From the NCBI GenBank assembly GCA_965217585.1, contig OZ244561.1, positions 5,984,001-6,048,000 on the forward strand: a DNA stretch of 64,000 nt, given 5' to 3'. The notes beneath the pieces are model-generated. The model did no database searches. It was not told the origin of the DNA and was given only the letters and a program-made list of their open reading frames with translations. Source of the stretch: Candidatus Latescibacterota bacterium. GTDB taxonomy: Bacteria; Latescibacterota; UBA2968; UBA8231. Below, in pieces: positions 27,927-37,247 of the stretch (within the stretch, counting starts at the first letter, position 1; each line of letters starts with the position of its first letter). The translations under genes and the position numbers were made by a program.

Positions 27927-30662
27927 TTGAGCGAATCCAAGCTCATTATCAATAGATTGCGAAATGCTCTAGATGGGACGCGGGAGGTCGGCCGCCGACT
28001 TCGCACAGCACTGCCAATAATAGGGATCGGCATCGGACTGAGTTCGGGCCTGGCACAGGAGGCCGACGCCCAGTTCCTCAACCGCGGCGAGTACCCCCTG
28101 TGGCAGCGGGAGGCCTACGAGAACTACGCGGACATCAGCTACCTCGACTACGATATTGAGCGCGAACGGCGCACCTACGACGCCTTTGGAGCCTTCATGC
28201 TCGATGGCGTCGATCTCCTGCGCATAGAGGAATACCGCACGATACATCCTTTCAACGGCAGCATCATCTTCGAAAACCCCCTCAACCGCAACCTTTTTCA
28301 AAACTTGGTCGTAGTCGGCGACAGCTACGCCAGTTGGAACACCCGGCTGACCGTGGGCCGCGCCGTCGACGCCCACTTCACGCCGCTGACCTTGCACGCC
28401 TCGCGCCTCAACGGCGTGCGCTGGGATGCGGCCACCCGCAGAAATCGCTTCTCGGTGGTGGCCTCGCGCATATCGAGCCCGCTACTTGGCTTTGGACAAC
28501 GCACTCGCTCGTTTGCCAATTATCTCTACGGCGGCCGCTGGGAAGGTACCGTGGGTGGAATCCTCACCTTTGGGGCCTCCTACGTCAACCTGCACTACAT
28601 CGACAGTTTGAGCGGTCGCAAAAAGGTTTCGCAGAAGGGCAATGTGCCCGAGCGTTTACTACCGCCCCAATCGCTGTACGTCGCAGTATACGACGATTCT
28701 CCGGGCGATGACTCCGGGGCGCGGGTCCACGATATCACAGTACTCGTGGACGGGGTGCCGCAGCCGGATATAGAACCCGAGGTGATCAGGGTCGCCGATG
28801 TCGCCGGTCAGCGAGAACTCACCTCGGCAGACATTGACCACCTGCGGCGCTACGGTTCTTGGTTGGGAGCGCTCATGTCGTGGCGCACTTTCAGCAAGAT
28901 GATCGGCCGAGCAGACCCCGTCGAAGCAGGGGATGAGGATTTCCTCGAAGCCAGCGGCACGGATGTGCTGGTCTATCGCTTCGACGTGCCCGCAGAGGCC
29001 GGGTCGGCGGCATTTGACGCCACGGTCTCGAACGACTACAGCATAGATGTGGCCGCGCCTATTGGCCAGCGCGGGGTGGCGGGCATCACCTTTGACGACT
29101 GGCACAATGTTCGGCGCGCGCGCGGCAATCCGCGCAACGACTCTCCTCAGCAAGAGCATTTCCGCTACGGGTTGAACACCGGCGTGGTCACCTATGGAGC
29201 GGATGTGAAACTCGACTTCCACGATCTGACGGTGGAAGCCGAGTATGCGCGCAATTTCTCGCACTTCCAGTACCCCGTCTTTGAAGGCCGGCGCTCCACG
29301 GGCCAGCGCGACGCCTATTTCGTCGCCGCAAATCGGCCCTTTGGGCGCTGGAACTTAGGGGGGGAATTCTTTCGCCTGCCCGCCACCTTTGCCACGGGCT
29401 TCACGTACTGGCGTCCCGAGGGCAGCTCCTTTGAGACCTTTGAACTAGTCGAAGACAACGACGACCGCGACCAGTGGCCCGACGCCTGGGAACACTGGGA
29501 TCCGCTGGATCCCGCATTCTCCCTCGACATCGTGGCGCGGGCCACGCCCGAAGCCAAGGACAACCTAAGCCCGGAGCCCAACAAGGCCATTGGTTTTGGC
29601 GTCTTCCCCGGACTTGATGAGGACCGCGACGGCACGCAGGACACCAATGTGAACGAGAATCGCCTGCCGGACTACGAGGAACCCTTCCTGATGTACTATG
29701 TCGATCCCGACGACTTTGTCTTTGGCGACGATTTCAATAACAACAAGATTGTCGATGCGCGCGAAAACGACAATCTGCCGGACTACCCCTACGAACTGGA
29801 CTCCAAAGGCCCCCACCTCTTTGCGAGCTACAATCCCTTGGACAGCCTGAGTGTAACCGTGGGCTACTACGATATCGAGCAGATTGCCGGCGGCGGCGAG
29901 AATCGCACCGCTTATACGCGGGTACTCTACCGCTGGCCGCTGTCGAGTTGGGGGCAGCTAAACCTCAACTATATTGGCAAGCGGGTGCGCGACAACATCC
30001 CCACCTCGACCTACCAAGTAGTCGTCGACCCGCGCGTGCTGGAGAACTTCTCCATCGAGATCCGGCCGGACCCGCTGGAGATGCGCAACAGCTTGGCCAA
30101 CACCTTTTTCGGTCGCACGCGCTTCCACTTGGTCGATCACCTGCGGGCCGAGACTATCCTGCGCTTTGATACCAACAAGCAATTCGCAGAGCAGGAGGGA
30201 GATTCCCTCATCCAGGAGGAGGGAACCCGCAACGCTTGGGCCTTGGTGGCCAAGGCCGATTATACCTATGACTGGGGGCCTTTCAGCCTCCTGCCAATGT
30301 TCAAGTTCACCATGCAGAAGCAAACCTTCTCCAACGTCGACGCCTCCTTGGTGGAAAACCGCAGCATGTTTCCGATTGTGCGCCTCGACTACCGGGCTTC
30401 GGAGCGCACTGTCATCCGCGCCGGGCTACAGGGATTGCCGTTTTTCAAACACCGCTGGCGCAATCAAGTCGATCCCTTCGAAGACTTCGATGCGCGTCAC
30501 TGGATCTTGGTGCTGCAGACCCGAGACAACTACGTCGGATACGATCTCAGTTTCCTCTTGGGCTTCCGCTCGAGCCGCTTCAAGTTTTTAGAACTGGAAG
30601 CGCCGGAGGGCGATCCCACCGAGCGGACCAGCGAGATGTTCCTGCAGATACGAGTTGGGTAG
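27927..30662 (+). CDS. Uncharacterised ~910-aa exported protein, putative outer-membrane beta-barrel with Asp-rich loop (member 1)
   Basis: Signal peptide. Motifs FTPLTL..NGVRWD and DNDDRDQWPD..FPGLDEDRDG..PDYEEPFL..DxNNNxxxD..PDYPY. Amphipathic beta-strand C-terminal half ending MFLQIRVG. Confidence 0.75.
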   Translation: MSESKLIINRLRNALDGTREVGRRLRTALPIIGIGIGLSSGLAQEADAQFLNRGEYPLWQREAYENYADISYLDYDIERERRTYDAFGAFMLDGVDLLRIEEYRTIHPFNGSIIFENPLNRNLFQNLVVVGDSYASWNTRLTVGRAVDAHFTPLTLHASRLNGVRWDAATRRNRFSVVASRISSPLLGFGQRTRSFANYLYGGRWEGTVGGILTFGASYVNLHYIDSLSGRKKVSQKGNVPERLLPPQSLYVAVYDDSPGDDSGARVHDITVLVDGVPQPDIEPEVIRVADVAGQRELTSADIDHLRRYGSWLGALMSWRTFSKMIGRADPVEAGDEDFLEASGTDVLVYRFDVPAEAGSAAFDATVSNDYSIDVAAPIGQRGVAGITFDDWHNVRRARGNPRNDSPQQEHFRYGLNTGVVTYGADVKLDFHDLTVEAEYARNFSHFQYPVFEGRRSTGQRDAYFVAANRPFGRWNLGGEFFRLPATFATGFTYWRPEGSSFETFELVEDNDDRDQWPDAWEHWDPLDPAFSLDIVARATPEAKDNLSPEPNKAIGFGVFPGLDEDRDGTQDTNVNENRLPDYEEPFLMYYVDPDDFVFGDDFNNNKIVDARENDNLPDYPYELDSKGPHLFASYNPLDSLSVTVGYYDIEQIAGGGENRTAYTRVLYRWPLSSWGQLNLNYIGKRVRDNIPTSTYQVVVDPRVLENFSIEIRPDPLEMRNSLANTFFGRTRFHLVDHLRAETILRFDTNKQFAEQEGDSLIQEEGTRNAWALVAKADYTYDWGPFSLLPMFKFTMQKQTFSNVDASLVENRSMFPIVRLDYRASERTVIRAGLQGLPFFKHRWRNQVDPFEDFDARHWILVLQTRDNYVGYDLSFLLGFRSSRFKFLELEAPEGDPTERTSEMFLQIRVG

Positions 30663-30666
30663 AGCT

Positions 30667-33375
30667 ATGTCGTCTAGACTGCACAACTCATGTCGGCTTT
30701 GCGCCATTGCTTGCTTGGTGCTACTGGTCATTGCCGGTGGGGCGGCCGGTCAGTTGCTCTTCAAGGAAAAGCCGCGCTACGAAAACTACGGCGAGCAGGG
30801 GTATCGCCAATACGGTCGGGGCCTAGTCGGGCGCTCCACCGAGTATCTCTTCGACGAGATGGGGGAGTTCCTCATGGACGGCGTCGAGGTCTACTCCCTG
30901 CGCGAAGACAGAGTAGAGGCCGAGCGGGTGCCAGCGGGCAGCACTATGCGGAAGCACGATTTCTACTACCGCTTCATCAATGGCCTAGCCATTGTGCGCG
31001 ACCGCTACAAGGGTTTTACCACCCAGTTGCTGGTCGGCGATCACATCCGCACTCACTTTACCCCGCTGACCCTCGATCTAGCGGCGCTGAATGGAATCCG
31101 CTGGGATCTACAGGGCAAGGGACACCGCTTCAGTCTGCTGACCTCGCGCCGCGATCGGCCCGGATTTACCTTGAAAGGCGCGCGCGCTACGCGTCGGTTG
31201 AATTTTGCCACCTACCTGCTGGGCGGCCATTGGGAAAGCAAGTTGGGGCCGATCAACTTGGGAGCCACCTTTACCAATCAGTACCGGATCGACAGTCTGG
31301 TAGGCACCGAGGGCAGCAGCATCAGGGGCATGATCCCGAGCAACGTCGAGGATCAGCAGTTGCTGGTGGTAAAGGTCGCCAATGCGCAGGAGAGGCTGGG
31401 TGACCACGTGCGCGTGTACGACGTCATTTTGACCCTCAATGGCGAGCAAAGGGATATAAAACCAAAAGTAACCCGCCACGACGAGCGGGAGATTGACCCG
31501 CTCTACCCCAACGGCGACCGCGGCTTTCCCGAGTGGCAGTCCATCCCGCCTTACAAGCAGTTCATCTTGGAACAGTTGCCCCTCGAAGACCCCGGACCCG
31601 AGGGCGATTTCCGCGCCAGTGATACCGAGTACTTGCTCTTCTGGTTCGAATTGCCCGATCCCAAAAAAGAGGAGGATATCCAGCAGGCGAGCTTTGATAT
31701 ACTGGTGGCCGACAATTACGAAGTCTGGGTTTCCGAGGTCTATATCGAGGTGCCTATTGCGCAGAAGATCGATCCGGGACAGCGCAATCGCGTTTCTTAT
31801 TTTTCCAAGGTTGCCGGAAATGACAAGGCGGTTGTGGACCGCTCCAACCTGCGATGGGTGCGGTTTGAGTACGGGCGCCAGACGGGCAATATGGTCTTTG
31901 GCGCGCACGCCGAAACCCATGTTAAGGGTTTCGAGTTCGGAGCCGAGTACAATGTCAATCTGAGCCACTTGCAGTATCCCGACCTAGCGGGCACGCGCCA
32001 GCGGCGCACGGGCGTTGCCTACTTTGTCAAAGTCGAGAAATCCGTCACTTCGCGCGCCTCGGCTGGGGGCGAGTTCTTCAATATCGACCCCGAATACAGC
32101 ACCAAAATCACGGTGCAGGACGATGGCTTTGAATCATTGGCCGGCGTGTCGGGCGCGCCGTACAATACCGAACTTCCCCAGGGATTCGGCGGGCACTACA
32201 ACAACACCATGGAAATGGACACAGTGGATGACAATGACGACAAGGATCCGTTTCCCGACTTCCACTGGCTGGTGCACGAAAGGGATACGGACGGCGTTTT
32301 CCCCGGCCTGGACGCCAATCTGGACGGCCGGCCCGATATCAACGAGAACGACAATGCCCTGCCCGATTATTACGAACCCTTTCTGCTCTACAACGTGGAC
32401 CCGGACGACTTTGTCTACGGCGACGATCTAAACAACAACGGCATCATCGATGTGCGCGAAAACGACCGCAAGCCGGACTATCCCTACGATCAAAACCGCC
32501 GCGGCTGGCATCTCTTTGCCACTTGGCAGCCCACTCCACCACTGAAGCTGATAGCGGGTCGCTACGACACTTGGCAGTTGTGGGGCGGCGGCGCGAACAA
32601 TGTGTCCTATGCCAAGCTGGAACTGCACCGCGACTTGCCGGCACTGGCGACGTTTCGGGTCGTCGACTTCTTCAAGCGGGTGGAGGACAATATCCGCGAC
32701 GACGCCTTCCGCATCGCCCGCAACACCTCGGGCCTCTTCAGCCTGCCTTTCAGCACTGCCGGTTTTAACCGCGTTTTTGCCGAGGATCCTCTGCTCATGC
32801 AGGATAGCTGGGTGAACACGGCCTTTACCGAGATTAAGCTCTACCGCTTCCGGCCCCTGCATCTGCGCTTTAATGGCCTTTGGGAAACGAACCGGCAGGG
32901 CGCCACGGATTTCAGGGGGGACAACTGGCTGCGGCGCTGGTCCATGGTGCTGCGCAGCGACTACACGTGGAGCCGGGGCAATCTGTCCGTAATACCGCAG
33001 GTGAAGTTCATGGCTCAGAAGGTTGTGGACGACGAGGGTGAGGTGGCACCGGTACACGAGTCTTTTTTCTACCCGATCTTCAAAGTCGAGTACCAGATGA
33101 CGCGGGATACGGTCGTGCGGGTGGGGGCACAGGGATTTCCCTTCCTCAAGAGCCAGTACCGCAATCTCTGGCAGCGGGATACCAGCTTTTCCACCCAGGA
33201 CTACGTAGTCAGTCTGACGAATGTTTCGAGCTACAGTGGATATCAGCTCGGCATCAACGTGGGCTATCAACTGCACCTGCGCCGGATGGTGGACCGGGCG
33301 CGCAGGTTTGAGGATCGCGATTACACCTTTTTCTTTTTGCGCATGGTCGCTGGCTTGCGGCCTACGAACTACTGA
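30667..33375 (+). CDS. Uncharacterised ~900-aa exported protein, putative outer-membrane beta-barrel with Asp-rich loop (member 2)
   Basis: Signal peptide and the same motifs (FTPLTL..NGIRWD; DNDDKDPFPD..FPGLDANLDG..PDYYEPFL). ATG is 4 nt after the member 1 stop. Confidence 0.75.
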   Translation: MSSRLHNSCRLCAIACLVLLVIAGGAAGQLLFKEKPRYENYGEQGYRQYGRGLVGRSTEYLFDEMGEFLMDGVEVYSLREDRVEAERVPAGSTMRKHDFYYRFINGLAIVRDRYKGFTTQLLVGDHIRTHFTPLTLDLAALNGIRWDLQGKGHRFSLLTSRRDRPGFTLKGARATRRLNFATYLLGGHWESKLGPINLGATFTNQYRIDSLVGTEGSSIRGMIPSNVEDQQLLVVKVANAQERLGDHVRVYDVILTLNGEQRDIKPKVTRHDEREIDPLYPNGDRGFPEWQSIPPYKQFILEQLPLEDPGPEGDFRASDTEYLLFWFELPDPKKEEDIQQASFDILVADNYEVWVSEVYIEVPIAQKIDPGQRNRVSYFSKVAGNDKAVVDRSNLRWVRFEYGRQTGNMVFGAHAETHVKGFEFGAEYNVNLSHLQYPDLAGTRQRRTGVAYFVKVEKSVTSRASAGGEFFNIDPEYSTKITVQDDGFESLAGVSGAPYNTELPQGFGGHYNNTMEMDTVDDNDDKDPFPDFHWLVHERDTDGVFPGLDANLDGRPDINENDNALPDYYEPFLLYNVDPDDFVYGDDLNNNGIIDVRENDRKPDYPYDQNRRGWHLFATWQPTPPLKLIAGRYDTWQLWGGGANNVSYAKLELHRDLPALATFRVVDFFKRVEDNIRDDAFRIARNTSGLFSLPFSTAGFNRVFAEDPLLMQDSWVNTAFTEIKLYRFRPLHLRFNGLWETNRQGATDFRGDNWLRRWSMVLRSDYTWSRGNLSVIPQVKFMAQKVVDDEGEVAPVHESFFYPIFKVEYQMTRDTVVRVGAQGFPFLKSQYRNLWQRDTSFSTQDYVVSLTNVSSYSGYQLGINVGYQLHLRRMVDRARRFEDRDYTFFFLRMVAGLRPTNY

Positions 33376-33399
33376 GGTGGTCGACTCTCAGAGAAAGGG

Positions 33400-36300
33400 G
33401 TGCATGAAGTGAATTTCGGATGGTTGGTTCTGGGCTATTTGGCGACTTTGATTGGGGTCACGCGCACGGTGCCCACGGTCGAAGAGGTGGCGTGGTCGTT
33501 TGAGCAGGGGCAGAAGTTTTACGCCTCGGGGGCCTACGACCAAGCCATAGACAAATACGCGGAAATCATCGCCATAGAGAGCCAACTCTTGGAGACCGCG
33601 GAGATCGAGTACTCCATCGGCGATGTCACGGCGCCGGTGCAGGACGCGTCGCGCTATCAAGCGGGCAATTCCCATCTCAAGATAGCCGAAGAACAATTCT
33701 TCCTCGGGCGCTCGCGGCGGAGCGAAAAGGAACGGCAGGAGTACGCGGAAAAGGGGCGTGAGAATCTGGAGCAGGCCATCCACTTTTTTGCAGAAGCTGA
33801 AAAGCACACGCAAGTGCCCAAACTGAAAGAATTGGCCCGCAACCGCATAGTTCAGGCTTGGTATAAGGCGGGCGATTACCAGCGCACCATCGAGGAAGGA
33901 AGGGCGCTCATCGAAAAGTACCCCGAGAGCAGCTACGTGCTCGTGGCCATGTACGACATCGGTTGGGCGTACTACGAGCTAGAGGAATACGAGCAGAGCG
34001 TGGCGACTTTCAAGGCACTGGTCGAGCGCTTCCCCGATGGCTACAAGAGCGATCGGGCACTTTTTCAGATCGGCGAGAATTACTATAAGCAGGAGCAGTA
34101 CGAGGAGGCCCTCCCCTACTTCCAGCGCCTAGTGGAACGGGCGCAGCTCGACCAACTCACCGACAAGGAAATCGCCAAGATGCGGCGGGAGAAAATTGCC
34201 GGGCTGGTGGACGAAACCGGGCTGGAGCTAGCGCTCAAGTCGCAGATCAAAGTCGGTGCTTGTCATGCGGAGCTGGGCCAATACGACCAGGCGGCCGCGG
34301 CCTATCGCAGCGTAGTGGGGTTGTTTACCAACGAACGCCTGCTGGCCGAAGAAGCCTACCGCCGCATGGCCGATATGTACTACGAGGCCGGCGACTTTGA
34401 ACGCTCGGTGCAAACCTATCGCAGTGCCATTGACGAGGTTACAGATCCGGTGTTCCGGGCACGCATGCACTCTCTGTTGGCCGAGCGCTACTACAACGAC
34501 GGGCGCTATGCCGAGGCTATCGAAGAGTATCGGCTCTATATCAAGGCCTATGCCGACGTGGCCGGGCGCGCTGGGTTTGGGCTGGACGAAGCGAGTTACA
34601 AGATCGGGCGCTCCTTCTTCGATATGGCCGAAGCGGAGCGGGGAAGGGGAGACACAGCAGCGGCCGCAGCCAATTATGGCCGGGCTATTGCCGAGTACGA
34701 AAAAGTGCTGGAGGAGTACCCAGATAGCTGGCTCAAGCTGGCCTGCATGTTCAGCATTGGCCTGTGCCAACAGATGATAGATACCGAAGAGTCGCGGGCA
34801 CAGGCGCTAGCGCACTTCCAGAACTTGGTCGAGGAGTATCCGCACGAAGAGTACGCGCAGAGTGCCTTCTTCCAGATCGCCCGTATCCACTACAGCCGGA
34901 AAGAGTACGCCCGCGCCATCGAAGTTTACCGGGAAATCATCGACCGGTACGGCGATTTTTCGCAGGTGGATATGGCCTATTTCGAGCTGGGCATTGCCCA
35001 GCGCCGCCACGAGGCCAAGGAGGAGGCCGTGGCCAGCTTCCTCAAAGTGCGCCCTAGTTCGGATCTCTACTCCAAGGCGCTGCAGGAAGCCAGCCAACTG
35101 CTCATGGCCATGGAGGAGTTCGACCGCGCGCTGGAGATTTTGCAAGAGGGCGCGAAGGTGACGGCCGATGATCGGGGGAAAGCCCAGAATCACTATCTGC
35201 AGGGCAAGGCCTTTGTGGGCAAGGAGGCCTACGCCGAGGCCATTCCCCACTTCGATCGGGTGCTGGCACTGAGCGCGGATCCGCAGATTTTGGAGAGCAG
35301 TCTCTACAGCCGTGGAGTGTGTTATCTCAGCCTGGAGCAATACGCTCGGGCCGAGGAAGACCTAGAGCAACTGACCCAAGCGGAAAACGCCAAGGTGCGG
35401 CGCTCGGCGCAGCGCATGCTGGGCATGGTGCGCATCCGGCAGCAGAAAGAAGCACAGGCCATTTTCAACTACCAAGTGCTGGCAGAGGAGGCTGCAGACG
35501 AGGCCGAGAAAGCCGAATATCTGCTGCTTTTGGCCGAACTCTACCACGGTCTGGGGCGCAATGAGGAATCAGCGGAAGTGGCGCGTCAGACCATTGATTT
35601 ACCGCTCGAAGATTTGCGCGCCGGGGGGGGCACCTACTCGGTTAAAGAGCGGGCGTTTTACCTGTTGGGCGACACCTACCTGCAAAAGGGTCAGTTTACA
35701 TCCGTGGTGGAGGTGTACTCGCAGGCCCTGGAACTCCATCCCGATGGTCACTATGCCGCGGATATGGTTTTTGCCATTGGCTCGGCTCATTTCGAACTAG
35801 GCGAACTCGACCGGGCTGTCGCGGTACTCGAGGCCTTCATAGACCGCTACCCCGACAATCCCAATCTGCCCCATGCTTACTACATTGTGGGATACTCCTA
35901 TTTCAACCAGACGCAGTTTGAGCCGGCCGCGGCGTCCTTTGCAGAGGCAAAGCGGTTTACCGAACGAGAATTCGTCGTGGACGCGCTGTACCGGGCCGGC
36001 GAGAGTTACTTCAATCTGGGACAATTCGATCGGGCCCTGAATCTCTATCGGGAGATTTTGGCGAAACATCCGCACGCCGAAGAGGCCGACGACGCGCTCT
36101 ACAATATGGGCTGGGCCCAACTGGAGTTGCAGCGGGAAGATCAGGCCATCGCTTCCTTTGAGGAGTTGGTAATGCGCTATCCCGCCAGCGAGTTCAGTCC
36201 CAATGCCCAGTTTTCGATTGGCGACTACTACTACAACAAGCAGGATTACGCCAAGGCACTGAGTGCGTACGAAACGGTACTGGCGCGCTATCCAGACGAT

Positions 36301-36666
36301 CCACTGGCCGAGAAGGTGCCGGAATTGGTCGCCGACCTGCGCGAGATCATGGCCTATCTGGACTACGAGCAGGCCATGGTGCCGTTCAGAGTGGCCATGG
36401 ACAGTAAGAATCCAGCCGAACTCACAAGGGAAAAATTTGGCGAGACCATACCTCTGCTGCGGGAAATCGTCGACAAGTATCCGGGCACGGAGACACAGAT
36501 CGGGGCGCTGATCAATTTGGGGATCTGCTATGAGAGTTTGAGTCGTTGGAAGGAGGCAGTGGCGGTGTACGAAAGAGTAAGCCAGGAATCCGGGAGCCAG
36601 GTCTCACCTGATGCGCAGCAATTTGCCCAGGCTCACAAGGACTGGATCGTGGCCAACCGGCTCTAG
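33400..36666 (+). CDS. Large periplasmic TPR protein (YbgF/BamD-like repeats)
   Basis: N-terminal hydrophobic segment and many TPR units of the form A.Y.IG..YY...Y..A...F..LV..YP.S over 1088 aa. Confidence 0.9.
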   Translation: MHEVNFGWLVLGYLATLIGVTRTVPTVEEVAWSFEQGQKFYASGAYDQAIDKYAEIIAIESQLLETAEIEYSIGDVTAPVQDASRYQAGNSHLKIAEEQFFLGRSRRSEKERQEYAEKGRENLEQAIHFFAEAEKHTQVPKLKELARNRIVQAWYKAGDYQRTIEEGRALIEKYPESSYVLVAMYDIGWAYYELEEYEQSVATFKALVERFPDGYKSDRALFQIGENYYKQEQYEEALPYFQRLVERAQLDQLTDKEIAKMRREKIAGLVDETGLELALKSQIKVGACHAELGQYDQAAAAYRSVVGLFTNERLLAEEAYRRMADMYYEAGDFERSVQTYRSAIDEVTDPVFRARMHSLLAERYYNDGRYAEAIEEYRLYIKAYADVAGRAGFGLDEASYKIGRSFFDMAEAERGRGDTAAAAANYGRAIAEYEKVLEEYPDSWLKLACMFSIGLCQQMIDTEESRAQALAHFQNLVEEYPHEEYAQSAFFQIARIHYSRKEYARAIEVYREIIDRYGDFSQVDMAYFELGIAQRRHEAKEEAVASFLKVRPSSDLYSKALQEASQLLMAMEEFDRALEILQEGAKVTADDRGKAQNHYLQGKAFVGKEAYAEAIPHFDRVLALSADPQILESSLYSRGVCYLSLEQYARAEEDLEQLTQAENAKVRRSAQRMLGMVRIRQQKEAQAIFNYQVLAEEAADEAEKAEYLLLLAELYHGLGRNEESAEVARQTIDLPLEDLRAGGGTYSVKERAFYLLGDTYLQKGQFTSVVEVYSQALELHPDGHYAADMVFAIGSAHFELGELDRAVAVLEAFIDRYPDNPNLPHAYYIVGYSYFNQTQFEPAAASFAEAKRFTEREFVVDALYRAGESYFNLGQFDRALNLYREILAKHPHAEEADDALYNMGWAQLELQREDQAIASFEELVMRYPASEFSPNAQFSIGDYYYNKQDYAKALSAYETVLARYPDDPLAEKVPELVADLREIMAYLDYEQAMVPFRVAMDSKNPAELTREKFGETIPLLREIVDKYPGTETQIGALINLGICYESLSRWKEAVAVYERVSQESGSQVSPDAQQFAQAHKDWIVANRL

Positions 36667-36683
36667 TAGGCAAAGGGGCAACT

Positions 36684-37244
36684 ATGTACAAAGCTTGTGT
36701 TTATTTTTGTGTGCTGGGTGTTTTGGTTGTGGGGGCGGTCAATCCGCTCGCGGCCCAAGTCTTCAGCGACGATATTTTCACCGAGGAAAGGGTCGCGGCG
36801 CGCAACCGCGCCATCAAGATGTCCCTCCTCTTTCCCGGATTGGGACAGATTGCCCTGGGGAGCAAGGTGAAGGGGTTCAGTTTATTTAGCGGCGGACTGG
36901 TGTCGCTGGTGGCGGCCATCAACGGCCAGGAAAACCACAGCACGGTCAAGGGCCGCCACAAACAGGCTAGGGACAAATACTTGGGGCTACAACAGCGGGG
37001 CCGCTACGAAGAGGCGCAGGAGGTCTGGGAGGATATTCAGGACATGGAGGACGATCTGGACCGCTACAATACCATGCGGCAGATCATCTTTCTGTCGGCG
37101 GGTATCTATGCGTACAATGTCGTAGATATCTTGTTCTTCACTTCGCCGCAAGAGCGGGTTGCACAGACGCCGCGCCCGGGTTTCTCAGTGGCGGCGCAGT
37201 GGGTGAATGGCTCGCCGGGGGTAGGGGTGACGCGTCGCTTCTAA
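36684..37244 (+). CDS. Membrane/exported protein, DUF5683-like
   Basis: Signal peptide, SLLFPGLGQ, IYAYNVVD, coiled region, terminal beta-strand GVGVTRRF. Confidence 0.65.
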   Translation: MYKACVYFCVLGVLVVGAVNPLAAQVFSDDIFTEERVAARNRAIKMSLLFPGLGQIALGSKVKGFSLFSGGLVSLVAAINGQENHSTVKGRHKQARDKYLGLQQRGRYEEAQEVWEDIQDMEDDLDRYNTMRQIIFLSAGIYAYNVVDILFFTSPQERVAQTPRPGFSVAAQWVNGSPGVGVTRRF

Positions 37245-37247
37245 AGA

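Noticed and set aside
27927-33375. Calling the large proteins SusC/TonB-dependent receptors, BamA or SprA
   Set aside because: No recognisable plug, TonB box, POTRA or terminal-Phe signature, and they are far shorter than SprA; left unassigned.
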